Program-made: the position numbers and the translations under genes | Shown here: positions 11,366-22,229 of the stretch, in pieces | Position numbering within the stretch: position 1 is the first letter of the stretch | How the letters are laid out: each line of letters opens with the position of its first letter | Notes under the pieces: model-generated | The model's database searches: none | Seen by the model: only the letters and a program-made list of their open reading frames with translations | What the model was told of the DNA's origin: nothing | Assembly: GCF_006345805.1 (NCBI RefSeq) | Contig: NW_021836249.1 | Location: forward strand, 1-24,881 | Length of the DNA: 24,881 nt | Source of the DNA: Octopus sinensis | Lineage: Eukaryota | Direction of reading: 5' to 3'

Positions 11366-11527
11366 AGGCGCATGTGTAGCTGTGTGATAAGAAAGTTGCT
11401 TTCGAACTTCATGGTTCCAGGTTCAGTCTCACTGCGTGGCACCTTGGGCAAGTGTCTTCTACCTGTAGCCTCGGGACGATTAAAGCCTTGAGAATGGATC
11501 TGGTAGACGGAAGCTAAAAGAAGCCCG

Positions 11528-11530
<3 letters not shown>
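11366..11530 (+). mobile_element. SINE family B head and core
   Basis: ggttcagtctcactgcgtggcaccttgggcaagtgtcttctac. ACCTTGGGCAAGT is the CORE-SINE hallmark. Confidence 0.85.
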
Positions 11531-11544
<14 letters not shown>

Positions 11545-11558
<14 letters not shown>

Positions 11559-12205
11559 CTAGTTTCAGCTCAGAGCTGCGGCCATGCTGATGCACCGCCG
11601 TTTTGTGCTACACTGTTATTGCGACGAACCTCGTCTAATATGTGTCACTTGGTGAAGAATGGAGTTTGATACAGCTACTCTCATTTGCACCTCTTGCCGT
11701 GAGGTAGGTTCATCTGGGACTCTTGACAGGAAGATGTCCAACTTTGATTTAAAAATTACTACATCTACTTTGTGCAAGTTCCTCAGACTCTTTGGGAGAA
11801 TATTTAAAAGCTGTGGGCCCTTGAAACCCAGGCTGTTGCAGAAGCTGGTCCTGAAGCGTGATGGCATTGCTGGGATCTTTGGCACTATGCAGTGTCGTCC
11901 CGTTCTAGCATTGGTGTAGCTTACAATGCCAAAATTTGGCACAATTCCTTCCAGGATCTTCCAGACATATATTACTGCATACCTCTCCCGTCTTTTCTCC
12001 AGGGAGTAGAGTCTTAGCTGTTTCAACTTTTCCCAGTAGCTGAGCTGTTTCAAAGAGACGATCTTCTTTGTGAATCTTCTCTGGATTGCTTCAAGGTCCG
12101 CTGTTAATTTTACACTGGTGGGTGACCATAGCTGTGAGCAGTAATCCAGGCGACTGAGGACGAATGTCCGCCAGAGGACTATCATGGTTTCCTTATCTCT
12201 GGTTA
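11545..12205 (-). mobile_element. 5'-truncated CR1-group LINE (ORF2 C-terminus, 3' UTR, poly-A)
   Basis: Open frame ITRDKETMIVLWRTFVLSRLDYCSQLWSP...DLEAIQRRFTK...YWEKLKQLRLYSLEKRRER...VWKIL...SNSILHQV, typical of the CR1 post-RT region. Stop at 11616-11618; poly-A appears as the T run at 11545-11559. Confidence 0.9.
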
Positions 12206-12376
12206 TATATATATAAATAGATGAGTGTATTTTTACCTTGTTAACAATTAACACGGAAAAAATAAATAAATAGTTACCAGGGTAGCAAGAATCTCACAAG
12301 TAAAGAGGTTGTAAACCCTTGTTTATAAAGGTAGAAACTTCGTGTTTACGTGGAATTTTTTGTATAATATATGAAA

Positions 12377-12575
12377 AAATAAATGGAGTTTAACGCAGGT
12401 ATAAATCAAATATTTTTACTTTCGACACATGTTTCGAAAATTCCACTGATATTATTCAAAAGAATAAATGGTATAAACAATGCAATCTTCTCTTCAGGAA
12501 AGTTAAAAAACGAAACTCGTCAATAAGACATTTTAGCAAAAAATGATTTATACCTGCGTTAAACTCCATTTATTT
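12377..12575. repeat. Perfect 32-bp inverted repeat enclosing the hammerhead
   Basis: 12377-12408 AAATAAATGGAGTTTAACGCAGGTATAAATCA is the exact reverse complement of 12544-12575, with a 135-nt spacer. Confidence 0.95.
12418..12503 (-). ncRNA. Type I hammerhead ribozyme motif with an intact canonical core
   Basis: Minus: ACTTTC (12503-12498), CTGAAGA (12497-12491), GAAGATT, 41-nt loop, AATTTTC, GAAA (12435-12432), C-ATGT-G, TC (GUC triplet, C17 at 12424), GAAAGT (12423-12418). Helix I is a perfect 6 bp; helix II is 7 bp with one G-U and a G10.1-C11.1 pair. Confidence 0.8.
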
Positions 12576-12612
12576 ATTCATATATATATATTATATATAT
12601 ATATATATAATA

Positions 12613-12654
<42 letters not shown>

Positions 12655-12915
12655 TATATATGCATATATATACACACATATGTACATACATACACATTTA
12701 TGTATATAGGTATGCATATATGGGTACAGGACGTCACAAAACGTAAACAACATGAAATACGAAAATAACGTTGAGTGCGCAAAGAACGAGAGAAACAATG
12801 GAAAACAAGACAAGTAGCTTAAAAGACGACCCTTCATCAGTTGTCGACTGTCATTTTACTCCCTATTTCGAGCAATGAACGACAAGATAAGATTTTCAAG
12901 GCAGTTGCTACCGCG

Positions 12916-13127
12916 AGTATGTGTCTTTGCGTTTGTGTTTGTCCCCATCACCGCTTGACAACCGGTGTTGGTATGTTTACATCCCCATAATTTAATGGTT
13001 CGGCAAAAGAGACGGATAGAATAGGTATTAGACTTTTTAAAGACTAAATTTAAAAAAGCCTCTTCAAGGCGGTGCTCTAACATGGCCGCAGTCAAATGAC
13101 TGAAACAAATAAAAGAATAAAAGAATA
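12916..13127 (+). mobile_element. SINE family B 3' half / tail
   Basis: caccgcttgacaaccggtg...ggcggtgctctaacatggccgcagtcaaatgactgaaac(aaataaaag)n, homologous to 14040-14250. Confidence 0.85.
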
Positions 13128-13324
13128 GGCACAAAAAGTGGCTATGTTAAAGTGGGTCATAAGTGAGGTAGGGTCGATTAGATGGACCCGAGTATGTGAC
13201 TGCTACTTGGCAGTTGTATCTGTAGTGAATGAAAAGCAATGAAGATAAAAGTTTGCAACTCAGGGAAGCAATGCAATCAGTGGGTGAGGATCAGAGAGTT
13301 TTGTTGCTGTTGATGCAGTTTGCG

Positions 13325-13495
13325 GTGGTGGTGGTGGTGGTGGTGGTGGTTGGGGTTGGTGGTTTGGGTAGAGGTGAAGGTGGTTGTGGAGATGGTGGTG
13401 GTGGTGGTGGTGGTGGTGGTGGTGGTGGTGGTGGTTGGGGTTGGTGGTTTGGGTAGAGGTGAAGGTGGTTGTGGAGATGGTGGTGGTAGTGGTGA
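13325..13495. repeat. (GGT)n-rich tract with an internal ~85-bp-period duplication
   Basis: tggggttggtggtttgggtagaggtgaaggtggttgtggagatggtggtggt starts at both 13351 and 13436. Confidence 0.9.
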
Positions 13496-13833
13496 TGGTT
13501 CTTGTATGCAGGGTGCGATTTGAGACAGGTTTGGCTACCATTTCAATTGGATAAAATGACCATATAAACATTCAATTCTTTGGCTGGAGAAAGTTGCAGT
13601 TTTCAGACTAAATCAGATAACGGCTGGTCGATGTCTTCCTATACATACATACATGCAGGCATGCATACATACATACATTCATATATGCATACACACACAC
13701 ACACTCACACACACGCGCGCGCACACGCACGCGCGCGCACATATATATATATTGGTCGAGTCCCTTTCTTCGTACTCTGAATTTTGTCTTCGAGTACATA
13801 CGTTCTTCAGACAAGATAATAATGGGACTTCCA

Positions 13834-14250
13834 AGCATGGCTGCATGGTAGGAAGCTTGCTTCCCAACCACATGGTTCTGGGTTCGGTCCCACTGCGTGG
13901 TACTTTCGGTAAGTGTCTTCTACTATAGCCTCGAGCCGAGCAAAGCCTCGTGAGTGGATTTGATAGACGGAAACTGAAAGAAACCAGTCGTGTGGGTGGG
14001 GGGGGGGCGTGCGTGCCCACAGGCGTTTGTATCTATGAGTATGTGTCTTTGTGTCTATCTTTTTCTCCGTCACCGCTTGACAACCGGTGCTGGTGTGTTT
14101 ACATCCCAATAGCTTAGCAGTTTGGCAAAATAGACCGATAGAATAGGTACAAGGGTTTAAAAAAATAAGTCCTGGAGTCAATTTGTTCGACTGAAAACCC
14201 TCCAAGGAGGTGTTCCAGCATGGCCGCAGTCAAATGACTGAAACAAGTAG
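13834..14250 (+). mobile_element. SINE family B, near full length
   Basis: tRNA-like head (gggttcggtccc), CORE-like block aagtgtcttctactatagcc, and tail cagcatggccgcagtcaaatgactgaaac. Confidence 0.9.
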
Positions 14251-14254
14251 AGGA

Positions 14255-14406
14255 ATACTTGTGGTTAAGAAGTTCATTTTCCAACCACATGGTTTCAGGT
14301 TCCATCCCACTGTGTGGCACTTTGAGCAAGTGACTTGTACAGTATACCAGGGGCGACCAAAGTTTTGTGAGTGGATATGGTAGACGGAAAGTTTAAAAGG
14401 CAAAGC

Positions 14407-14410
<4 letters not shown>
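14255..14410 (+). mobile_element. SINE family B head and core, followed by (GT)n/(GCGT)n
   Basis: gtggttaagaag...ggttccatcccactgtgtggcactttgagcaagtg; microsatellite at 14411-14530. Confidence 0.8.
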
Positions 14411-14505
<95 letters not shown>

Positions 14506-15494
14506 TGTGTGTGTGTGCGTGCGTGCACGCGCGTTTCTCTACATCAGCGATTTTCCGAAAATCGTTGAGTTACAAGCTGGAAAGTTGATATTTCTCCGAT
14601 GTCAGAAAAGCAACATGAAGTCCGTTGGTTTGGCATTTTCAAAGACGTGTGGAATAAAAAAAAAATCCCTCACTTGAAAACAGATAAGTGTTAGTCTGTA
14701 CAACAATGCTTTAATAAGTTAATAATCATCTAACCCATGCTAGCATTGAAAAACGAGCGTGAAGATAAGCAAACGATTTATGTGACAGAGGGATGTGCGG
14801 GGCAGTGATAAACTTGCACTAATATTTGTTTATCTCTAATTTCTTGAACTCAAATTTCCAGTAAAATGAAAAACACTAGCCGAACATTAAACCATTATCA
14901 CACGCCCTTTCATTGAGAAACTCGAGAAGTAAAGGTAAAATGTAGCGAACTGGGTTTGTAAGACGACCGCGATTAACCTTATACATTCTTTCAATTGATC
15001 CTGTGAATTACAAACATAAAATGACACCAATAAATAAAGAAATGAATACGGATTAGAAAATTTTCGCCAAAATCGAAACTTTTTGGGTTACCGACACCAG
15101 TATTTCCGTGCATCTCACGAAAACAAATCGTCTTTCGTTTTTTCTTCTTCGGTCAAATCAGTACGATTGCAAATATGAATACCTGACCAGTAAGAAGAGC
15201 CGGTTCTCAAAGATGAAAAAACCGATATCAAGGTGTGGTAGTAATTTATAAAGGACTTTGAGAACTCTCTCTCTCCACCCTAATTCTCTCTTTCTCTCTC
15301 CCTTTCTCTCTCTCTTCTCTCTCTCTCTCTTTCTCTCGTTCTCCTTCAATCTATTTCTTGCTTTTCTTTTTCCTTACACAATCATACATACATACATATA
15401 TACATACATATACACATGTGTATATATATATATATATATGCTAAGATACAAATCTACGTGGTGTGTGAGCAGATAGATAGATAGATAGATAGAT

Positions 15495-15533
<39 letters not shown>

Positions 15534-16056
15534 TAGATAGATAGATAGATAGACAGACAGATACTAAACCATACATACATAACCGGATTCAAGTAATCGA
15601 CTGTGGCCATGTTATGAACCTTCTTCAGCACTGATGTTATCGAGCATAGAACGTAAAAACATACATGGGCGGGCGGGATTTCAATTCAGAAACTACAGGG
15701 ACGTAACGAAACACCACAAGATATGTGCGTGTTAGTCTGTCGTGGATATGGGTGGTACTGTTTCGTTGATTGAAAGGGCGTGTGGTGATGTTCTAATGTT
15801 CAGGCGGCGCTTTTTAATTTTACAGGAAATTCGAGTTCGAGAAAATGGAGATGAACAAAGAGCTTTTAAGTTTTATTACTGTCCACCCACACATCCCCTC
15901 ATCGATTATATCATACACTGCTGTGATAGACACTATATATTTGTATATGTTCAAACACACTCACACACACACACACTCATTTATATATGTGTGTGTGTGT
16001 GTGTGTGTAAATAGATAGATAGATAATTAGATATATATATGACCATTCCTAAATAT

Positions 16057-16139
<83 letters not shown>

Positions 16140-16222
16140 TACATACATATACTCATACACCAATGCTCACGCACAAATGTAGATAATACATTGATGCACA
16201 CAAATACAGACACATTGATTGT

Positions 16223-16300
<78 letters not shown>

Positions 16301-16409
16301 TAGATAGATAGATACATAGATAGATAGGCAGACATACAGACAGACATAGATAGACACACACACACATATTCATCCATATTATATTATTTTTCTAAAGTGA
16401 CATACACAT

Positions 16410-18179
16410 TTGGGTGGAGCGATGAAGGTTTATTTTTTATTGCAAAATCCGTTTAAAACAACTGTGTTAAAATCTGAAGTTCTTAAATTTACATCTTCAG
16501 CCTCTGCAGTTTACTTGAAATTTTGAATAATGAGCGAAAAATCAATTCATAACACGTTTGCCGTTCCTTTTTTTACAGTCATTGTTACGAATCAATTTTC
16601 TTTTGCGAAATTCTTTAAAAGCAAGAGTGTTAGAATCTCAAACTCTAAAATTTATATCTTTAGACTCCACAACGCACTTAAAATTTCGAAATTATGTGAA
16701 ATAAATGGACTTTTCCACCTTGTTTTCTTTATTACGAAATGTTTTTTCCCATTTGTTCACTTATGAGGGATGTGTCCCTCTTTCCATCAATGGCGGACAA
16801 TGGTTTATGTGTCCTACCTTCGTGCTGCAGGGATTTACGTTTTCTGGATCGTTCCCGCCTTACCTTCTATAACGAAAGAACACTCACCAGATGTACATGC
16901 CGTTAAGTCACTGATGACCGAACATCTAAGAAGAACAGCACCACGGTCTGACACAACGGTGCAGTCACAGGCAAAAGCTAGTTCTGGAAATTTCATTCGT
17001 TTTGTTGGTGTTTTTGAACTTACGTTTTTGCTGGCATCTTTTCGTTTCATGGAAAATAGAATTGGAAAATCTTCATCTTGTCTGCTGATCCATTTCCAGA
17101 TTCACTGCTTGATGAAAATGCTATCAATTCAGAATCCTTTGCTGACGTAGAAGGGCGACTGTGATCTGGCTGGTTCTTTCTAATCAACATCTGAACGTTC
17201 TGTTTAGATACTGCTTGATCTATTCCACCAAATATCATTTTTCGATTTGTCCGTTGATCCTGTAAAACATCCTGTTCTCTTCGTGGTATGTTTTTGTCTC
17301 TACTACAGCTGCACTTGCAACAGGAAATGTCAAATAAATCTTTTATTGCATTGTTTTTAAACACATTACACTTTGTGTGAAACGATGGCACATTTTTTTC
17401 TATTTTTCGCAGATTTTAGTTATACTTGGTACTTTAGATAAAAGTTTAAGATTTTTGGTTTAACTGACTCAATCGTAACACAAGGGATGGATGCCTTTTG
17501 CCAAAGAAGAATTATATTTTCTGCTACAATCTTGACAATTTGTTTAATTGAAAGATCTTTCGTAACTGCTTTCTTTTCTTTTTCTCATTCAAATAAAACA
17601 CATTTTAGTACGTCCTTGTAAGTTGGCAAAACTCGCTCGCTAAGATCACATGGAGTACCAAATATTGGGCATTTAGTATCATGACGCGTTATTGGTTTAT
17701 GAGTCATCACTAAATGTAAACAACACTAAATTTAACATGATCATTAATTTTAATACAATAGCCTAAAGCCAAGGTACAAAGCAGAAAACGTCACGCACAT
17801 ATGACGTACCTCCACACGCAATGACCGTTGCAGCAGCATTGGAGAGAATGTCACACTCCTGTTTTCTTTATAGTCAATGCAGAACCTCAAGATATTAGTC
17901 AATTGTATTGAAACTTGGTATGCAACCTCTCTTAATGATACTATATTTACTGTTTTGCATTCTGTTATGTAGAAATATGTATTCGTTACGACTTACAATC
18001 CATGAAGCCCAAAATTCGACCAAAAATAGCGATTTAAAAAAATTTCAGTTGCGTTGCGAAGTCTGAACAGAATATTTAACCGCAAAGTTCTTTAAACATC
18101 TTTCTTTTAACCCTAATTCGTAACAAAATATTGATTCTTTGTTACCAATTTCGAAAGCTGCATTTTTTGTTCCACCCTA
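16410..18179 (-). mobile_element. hAT-superfamily DNA transposon (hATm-like termini), internally deleted, 1770 bp
   Basis: Termini T(T/A)GGGTGGA ... TCCACCCTA, with a perfect 8-bp TSD ATACACAT at 16402-16409 and 18180-18187. The hATm subgroup call is from memory of TAGGGTG-type ends and is tentative. Confidence 0.85.
16480..17707 (-). pseudogene. Disrupted transposase of the hAT-like element
   Basis: MTHKPITRHDTKCPIFGTPCDLSERVLPTYKDVLK...*...IILLWQKASIP...*; +1 frameshift in the A run at 17393-17399; then LFDISCCKC...LQDQRTNRKM, VSDRGA and IDGKRDTSL (FDGRKD-like first catalytic Asp). Several stops; most of the catalytic domain is missing. The 3' coordinate is approximate. Confidence 0.8.
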
Positions 18180-18510
18180 ATACACATACATAATACATAT
18201 ATACATAACGCATTCATACATACATACATACACACATACATATACTTTAGATAGAATTTAGCTAAGAATTTAGTTAAGTTAGAATAGCAGTGGTATGTAT
18301 TTCACCAACATACACCACTACAGGTATATTAAATACCATACAACATAAGCTACTGAATGATCAAAATTATCTCCGCCTTTAGAATATTCTCATAATTACC
18401 ATATGTCAATTAAGACCAGTTCCACTTAAGAAGGTGAGGTAATCTCAAGATTCAAAAATTCTCCAAAGTTGAAATACCATTAACAAAGAGGAGAGACTTA
18501 CTGTCTGGAG

Positions 18511-18660
18511 CAGGGTTCTCAACCGGGTTCCATATCAACCTTGGTGATCCAAATAAGATGTTGTTGTTACAATTTATGAGCAATAAATTGGTTATATTTT
18601 TACAATACATAATATATTTAAACATTTTTTAAATACAGTTCTTAATAATTATTTACATTA
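18511..18660 (+). mobile_element. hAT-type MITE terminus, partial
   Basis: cagggttctcaaccgggttccatat matches the end of the MITE at 23695 (cagtggttctcaaccgggctccatat). Confidence 0.55.
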
Positions 18661-18669
18661 TTTACAATT

Positions 18670-18849
18670 GACGGATATTTGCCCTCATCTTGTTTGTTGT
18701 TAATACAACGTTTCGGTTGATACACCCTCCAGACTTCATCGGGTGTCTTGGGGAAATTTCGAACCTGAGTTCTCATTCCTAAGGTATTTTTCGTTGTTGT
18801 TGTTGTTGTTGTTGTTGTTCTTCTTCTTCTTCTTCTTCTTCTTCTTCTT

Positions 18850-18916
<67 letters not shown>

Positions 18917-19019
18917 TATTATTATTATTATTATTATTATTATCCAGGTCACTGCCTGTAATCGAACTCGGAATCTTGAGGTTAGTAGCCTGCGTTCGTA
19001 ACCACTACGCCATATGCCC
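18670..19019 (-). mobile_element. tRNA-headed SINE with a central (AAT)n(AAG)n(AAC)n array and a hammerhead-like tail
   Basis: A box TGGCGTAGTGG (19012-19002), B box GAGTTCGAT (18969-18961), trinucleotide array at 18792-18942, and a tail with a hammerhead-like motif at 18702-18747. Confidence 0.75.
18702..18747 (-). ncRNA. Degenerate minimal hammerhead-like motif
   Basis: GACAC-CCGATGA-A-GTCTG-GAGGGTGTAT-CAACC-GAAA-CGTT-GTATT. U4C core, mismatches in helices I and II, palindromic ACGT. Confidence 0.55.
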
Positions 19020-19026
19020 ACGGACA

Positions 19027-19468
19027 TATTAATGCAGTATATGGGGATCGGTCAATAAGCGTATGCCAATATCAACGGTAGTTCCAGAAATTCGGAACCG
19101 AAAACTACAGCCTAGAAGACGAGCCTTGTCCTGGATGATCTGCAGAGCACGCGAGGACGTCCTACAATACCTGGTGGAACAAGATCCCATCGTAACTGTT
19201 GAGGAAATAGCAGAGAAGCTTAGATTTGGTCATTCAACCATTCATCAATGTGAATTCTGTAGACGAGGTTAGAACAGTACTGGAGGAGTATTTTTCTTCA
19301 CGGATAAGTGAATCTTGGAAGAGGGGCCTTGCAAGTCTACCAGATAGATGGAAGAACATTGTAGAAAATGAAGATGCGTATATTTTAGATTAAAGAAGAA
19401 CTTTCATCTTAATTTTGAAAAATAAAAGGAGTATAAAAACGCCGCATTATTTATGGGATGACTCAATG
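19027..19468 (+). mobile_element. Decayed, internally deleted mariner
   Basis: INAVYGDRSISVCQYQR*FQKFGTENYSLEDEP...LVEQDPIVTVEEIAEKLRFGHSTIH (HTH region) and WKRGLASLPDRWKNIVENE (C-terminus). Right TIR-like cattatttatgggatgactcaat. Confidence 0.75.
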
Positions 19469-19636
19469 TATTTATATGTACATATATATACACATATATT
19501 CATACATACATACACTAACACACGCACACACACGCACACACACACACACACAACACACACATACACACACTTTCTGATAATGTGATATTGAAGAGCTCCA
19601 ATGAATAATAAATAAAAACGGAATGGTTAAGCTTAC

Positions 19637-19780
19637 CTGCTATGAAGCCATAAGTAAAGATGAGGAAGTCTACATTTGGCATCCATATACTAATAATAAA
19701 ACCAAACGCCGAGAGGATAGTCCCAAATATTACGACTTCTCGGTGTGTGAACCGTTGTAGTAAAAAACTGACCAATGGAC
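19637..19780 (-). CDS. SLC16/MCT coding exon (TM3-TM4)
   Basis: (G)PLVSFLLQRFTHREVVIFGTILSAFGFIISIWMPNVDFLIFTYGFIA-G. Acceptor ctttaaacag|, donor |gtaagc. 144 nt, phase 1 to 1, in frame with the previous exon. Confidence 0.95.
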
Positions 19781-19894
19781 CTGTTTAAAGACAATGAATG
19801 ATATTTAGCATAACCGTAGAAATATTTCGTTGTTATATATAGTATTATTATTAGTAGAATCGTTAGAATGCCGGACAAAATGCTTTATCTTACA

Positions 19895-20340
19895 TCTTCT
19901 CGGGGTCGATAAAATAAGTACCAGTCGAGGACTGGGGTCGAAGTAATCGACTTACTCCCTCACCTGAACTTCTGAGCTGGCAGAATCGATAGGACACCGA
20001 GCAAAAATGCTTAGCGGATATTTCGTCCGTCTTTATGTTTTGAGTTCAAATGTTGCCGAAGTCGACTTTACCTTTCATCGTTACGGGAATCAATGTAATC
20101 AATTAGCTTCTCCACAAAAATGTCAAGTCTTGTGCCTATAGTAGAAAGGATTGTTATTAAAGCAGTGAGCTGACAGAATGGTTTTCATACCGGACAAAAT
20201 TCTGAGAGGTTCTTCTTTATGTTCCCAATTCAAATTTTGGAGTCGATAAAATAAATAGAAGTCGTGCACTGAGGTAGATGTAATCGACTAGTCCCACCAC
20301 CACCAAAATTCCAGGCCTTGTGCTTATTGTACAGGAGATT
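19895..20340 (+). mobile_element. Cluster of about three partial SINE family A copies
   Basis: Repeated ggggtcgataaaataagtaccag, gagctggcagaatcg and gagttcaaat motifs. Confidence 0.8.
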
Positions 20341-21897
20341 GTTATTTATTTTATTGACTTTCATAGTGTGAAGACATATTTTTCTCTATTTGTTTTTATT
20401 TCAGTCATTACCAAATAAAATTTTCTTTGGTGTACTTACTAAAAGAGATTTTGGTTACCCGTGAGCAGATAAAAAAAGGTTTGTTTTTACAGACTTTATT
20501 TTCTAAAACATTGTGATATTTCACATTCAAAATGTCTACCAGACTGGCATAGATTCTGTACAAAGCAATATTATACACTCGAAGAAAAAGGCGCGCACAA
20601 AAGTAAATTGCTCCACAGAATGAACAAAAATAAGAAAATAATGAAGATTTTGATGAACAATTAGTAGAATAAAGATATTTCGAGCGGTCTAGATAATGAT
20701 AATAGCAGCATCAATACTTGCACCAAAATAATCATGTTGAGCCATTTATATATAGTAATTTTACTTAATAAACTTGTTTAATTAGAAGAATTTTATAAAA
20801 CCTAACAGTGTCCTTTTGCTGTGGAATCAAATCCAAAGGAGAGCAGAGAAAAAGTATTTTATCAGTGTTTTCAAAAAGAAGTTAGAAGAATTTCTACATG
20901 GAAGTTCCAGTAGCAATTAAGTGAAAGTGTGTAACGTCTGTTGCACTTTCAAATACGAAGACAGCCAAAATAAAAGCTGAAATAGTTAAATGTATCTACG
21001 TTTATATATTTATACTCAAGTGTTTTAGGTAGGGAAATACAAGAGTGACAATGGGAGACCTTGGAAACGATATGGATTAATGTTTAATAGTCAATTTTCT
21101 ATCACTGTTTGGTGAGTAGTTAAAGCAGGAATGACAAGAGGCGACATGTGTCGCTTGGTGGGACAGCACTTGTGTAAAATACTTGAGCAGACCGTCACCA
21201 ATCATTTGTTTGTGAGTTGTTGTTGTTGCTGTTGTTGATCAATCGGATGTGTTATACATATTACGGCGTTATAGTAAATTTGTTATATCATCAGGTATTG
21301 ATCATTTCAATGTATACATTGTGTTATTATATAGAGTGTGTGAGTTGTGATTTTGAATTGAGAGTATCTTGCGCAGGATATGAGTCCTTCCTAGCAAAAC
21401 TATGTTTGTACAGTGCATAGGTTTCTGAGCCCTTGTGTGTGTTTGTGTTTGTTTTTATATTAATATCCATGTTCTTTATCATAAAAATGATCCAATTATT
21501 ACTGGTATTGTTTTTACTTTCATGTTTCCCTATCCATTTTCACTGAAAAGAGGGGAGAGGGAGAGACTGACAGACAGACAGAGACAGAACAGAGAGAAAG
21601 AGAGAGAGGGGGAATTTGACAGTGGAACAGAGACTAGACTAGAAAATAACGAGCTATTGTTGTTGTTTAGCCCTAAGGCAATCCATTTTGAACAGACTTG
21701 TCATAGTAAGCATTCTAGCCATGACCCGACTATTTTCCCTCTCGGTCATAGCTACACTACCACTTAGAAAAAGACGAGCTTGTGTTATTTGAGAGAAGTT
21801 TTTCTGCTATTTCAAGCAGATCACTGATTTGCCACTTGTCATGTCCCTTTTTTAATTAATTAAAGATGATATGTTGATTACTGAAACATTAACTTAC

Positions 21898-22168
21898 CTG
21901 ACAAAAGCGACATACCGTCGGTAACTGAACCAACCCACGACGTTTTGGAGCGGCTGTCCCCAAAATAGTTCAGTAAAGAGATTAAAATCAAGCCAAATGA
22001 CATAATAGTTCCACCGACTATGAAGTTGATCGTGAAGGCACCCAAACACACCATCCAACCCCATCCACCGTCTGGGGCATTAAGAATGAGACGAGATTCA
22101 TAGATATCTTCTGGTGCCTGACTGACACTTGAGCGCAGTTTCAGTTGCGACGGAGAAACCGTCTCAGA
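21898..22168 (-). CDS. SLC16/monocarboxylate transporter (MFS) internal coding exon, N-terminal region to TM2
   Basis: Translates to SETVSPSQ...LNAPDGGWGWMVCLGAFTINFIVGGTIMSFGLILISLLNYFGDSRSKTSWVGSVTDGMSLLS-G, containing the MCT signature PDGGWGW. Acceptor tttccttacag|, donor |gtaagt. 271 nt, phase 0 to 1. No in-frame ATG before the signature, so an upstream exon is needed. Confidence 0.95.
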
Positions 22169-22229
22169 CTGTAAGGAAAAGAAAAAGAAAATAACAATTG
22201 AAGTACAAGGCCATCACTTTTTTCGATGA

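Noticed and set aside
12834-12872. Minus-strand GAAA ... CTGATGA as a second hammerhead near the intact one
   Set aside because: The order is permuted and pairing is weak; helix I cannot be drawn convincingly.
19002-19019. SINE heads (here, 5560-5604, 6700-6760 etc.) as tRNA genes
   Set aside because: A and B boxes are present, but there is no complete cloverleaf or acceptor stem, and they continue into SINE bodies.
21141-21154. Short palindrome GCGACA-TG-TGTCGC in unique sequence
   Set aside because: A 6-bp stem is expected by chance in 25 kb, and there is no supporting context.
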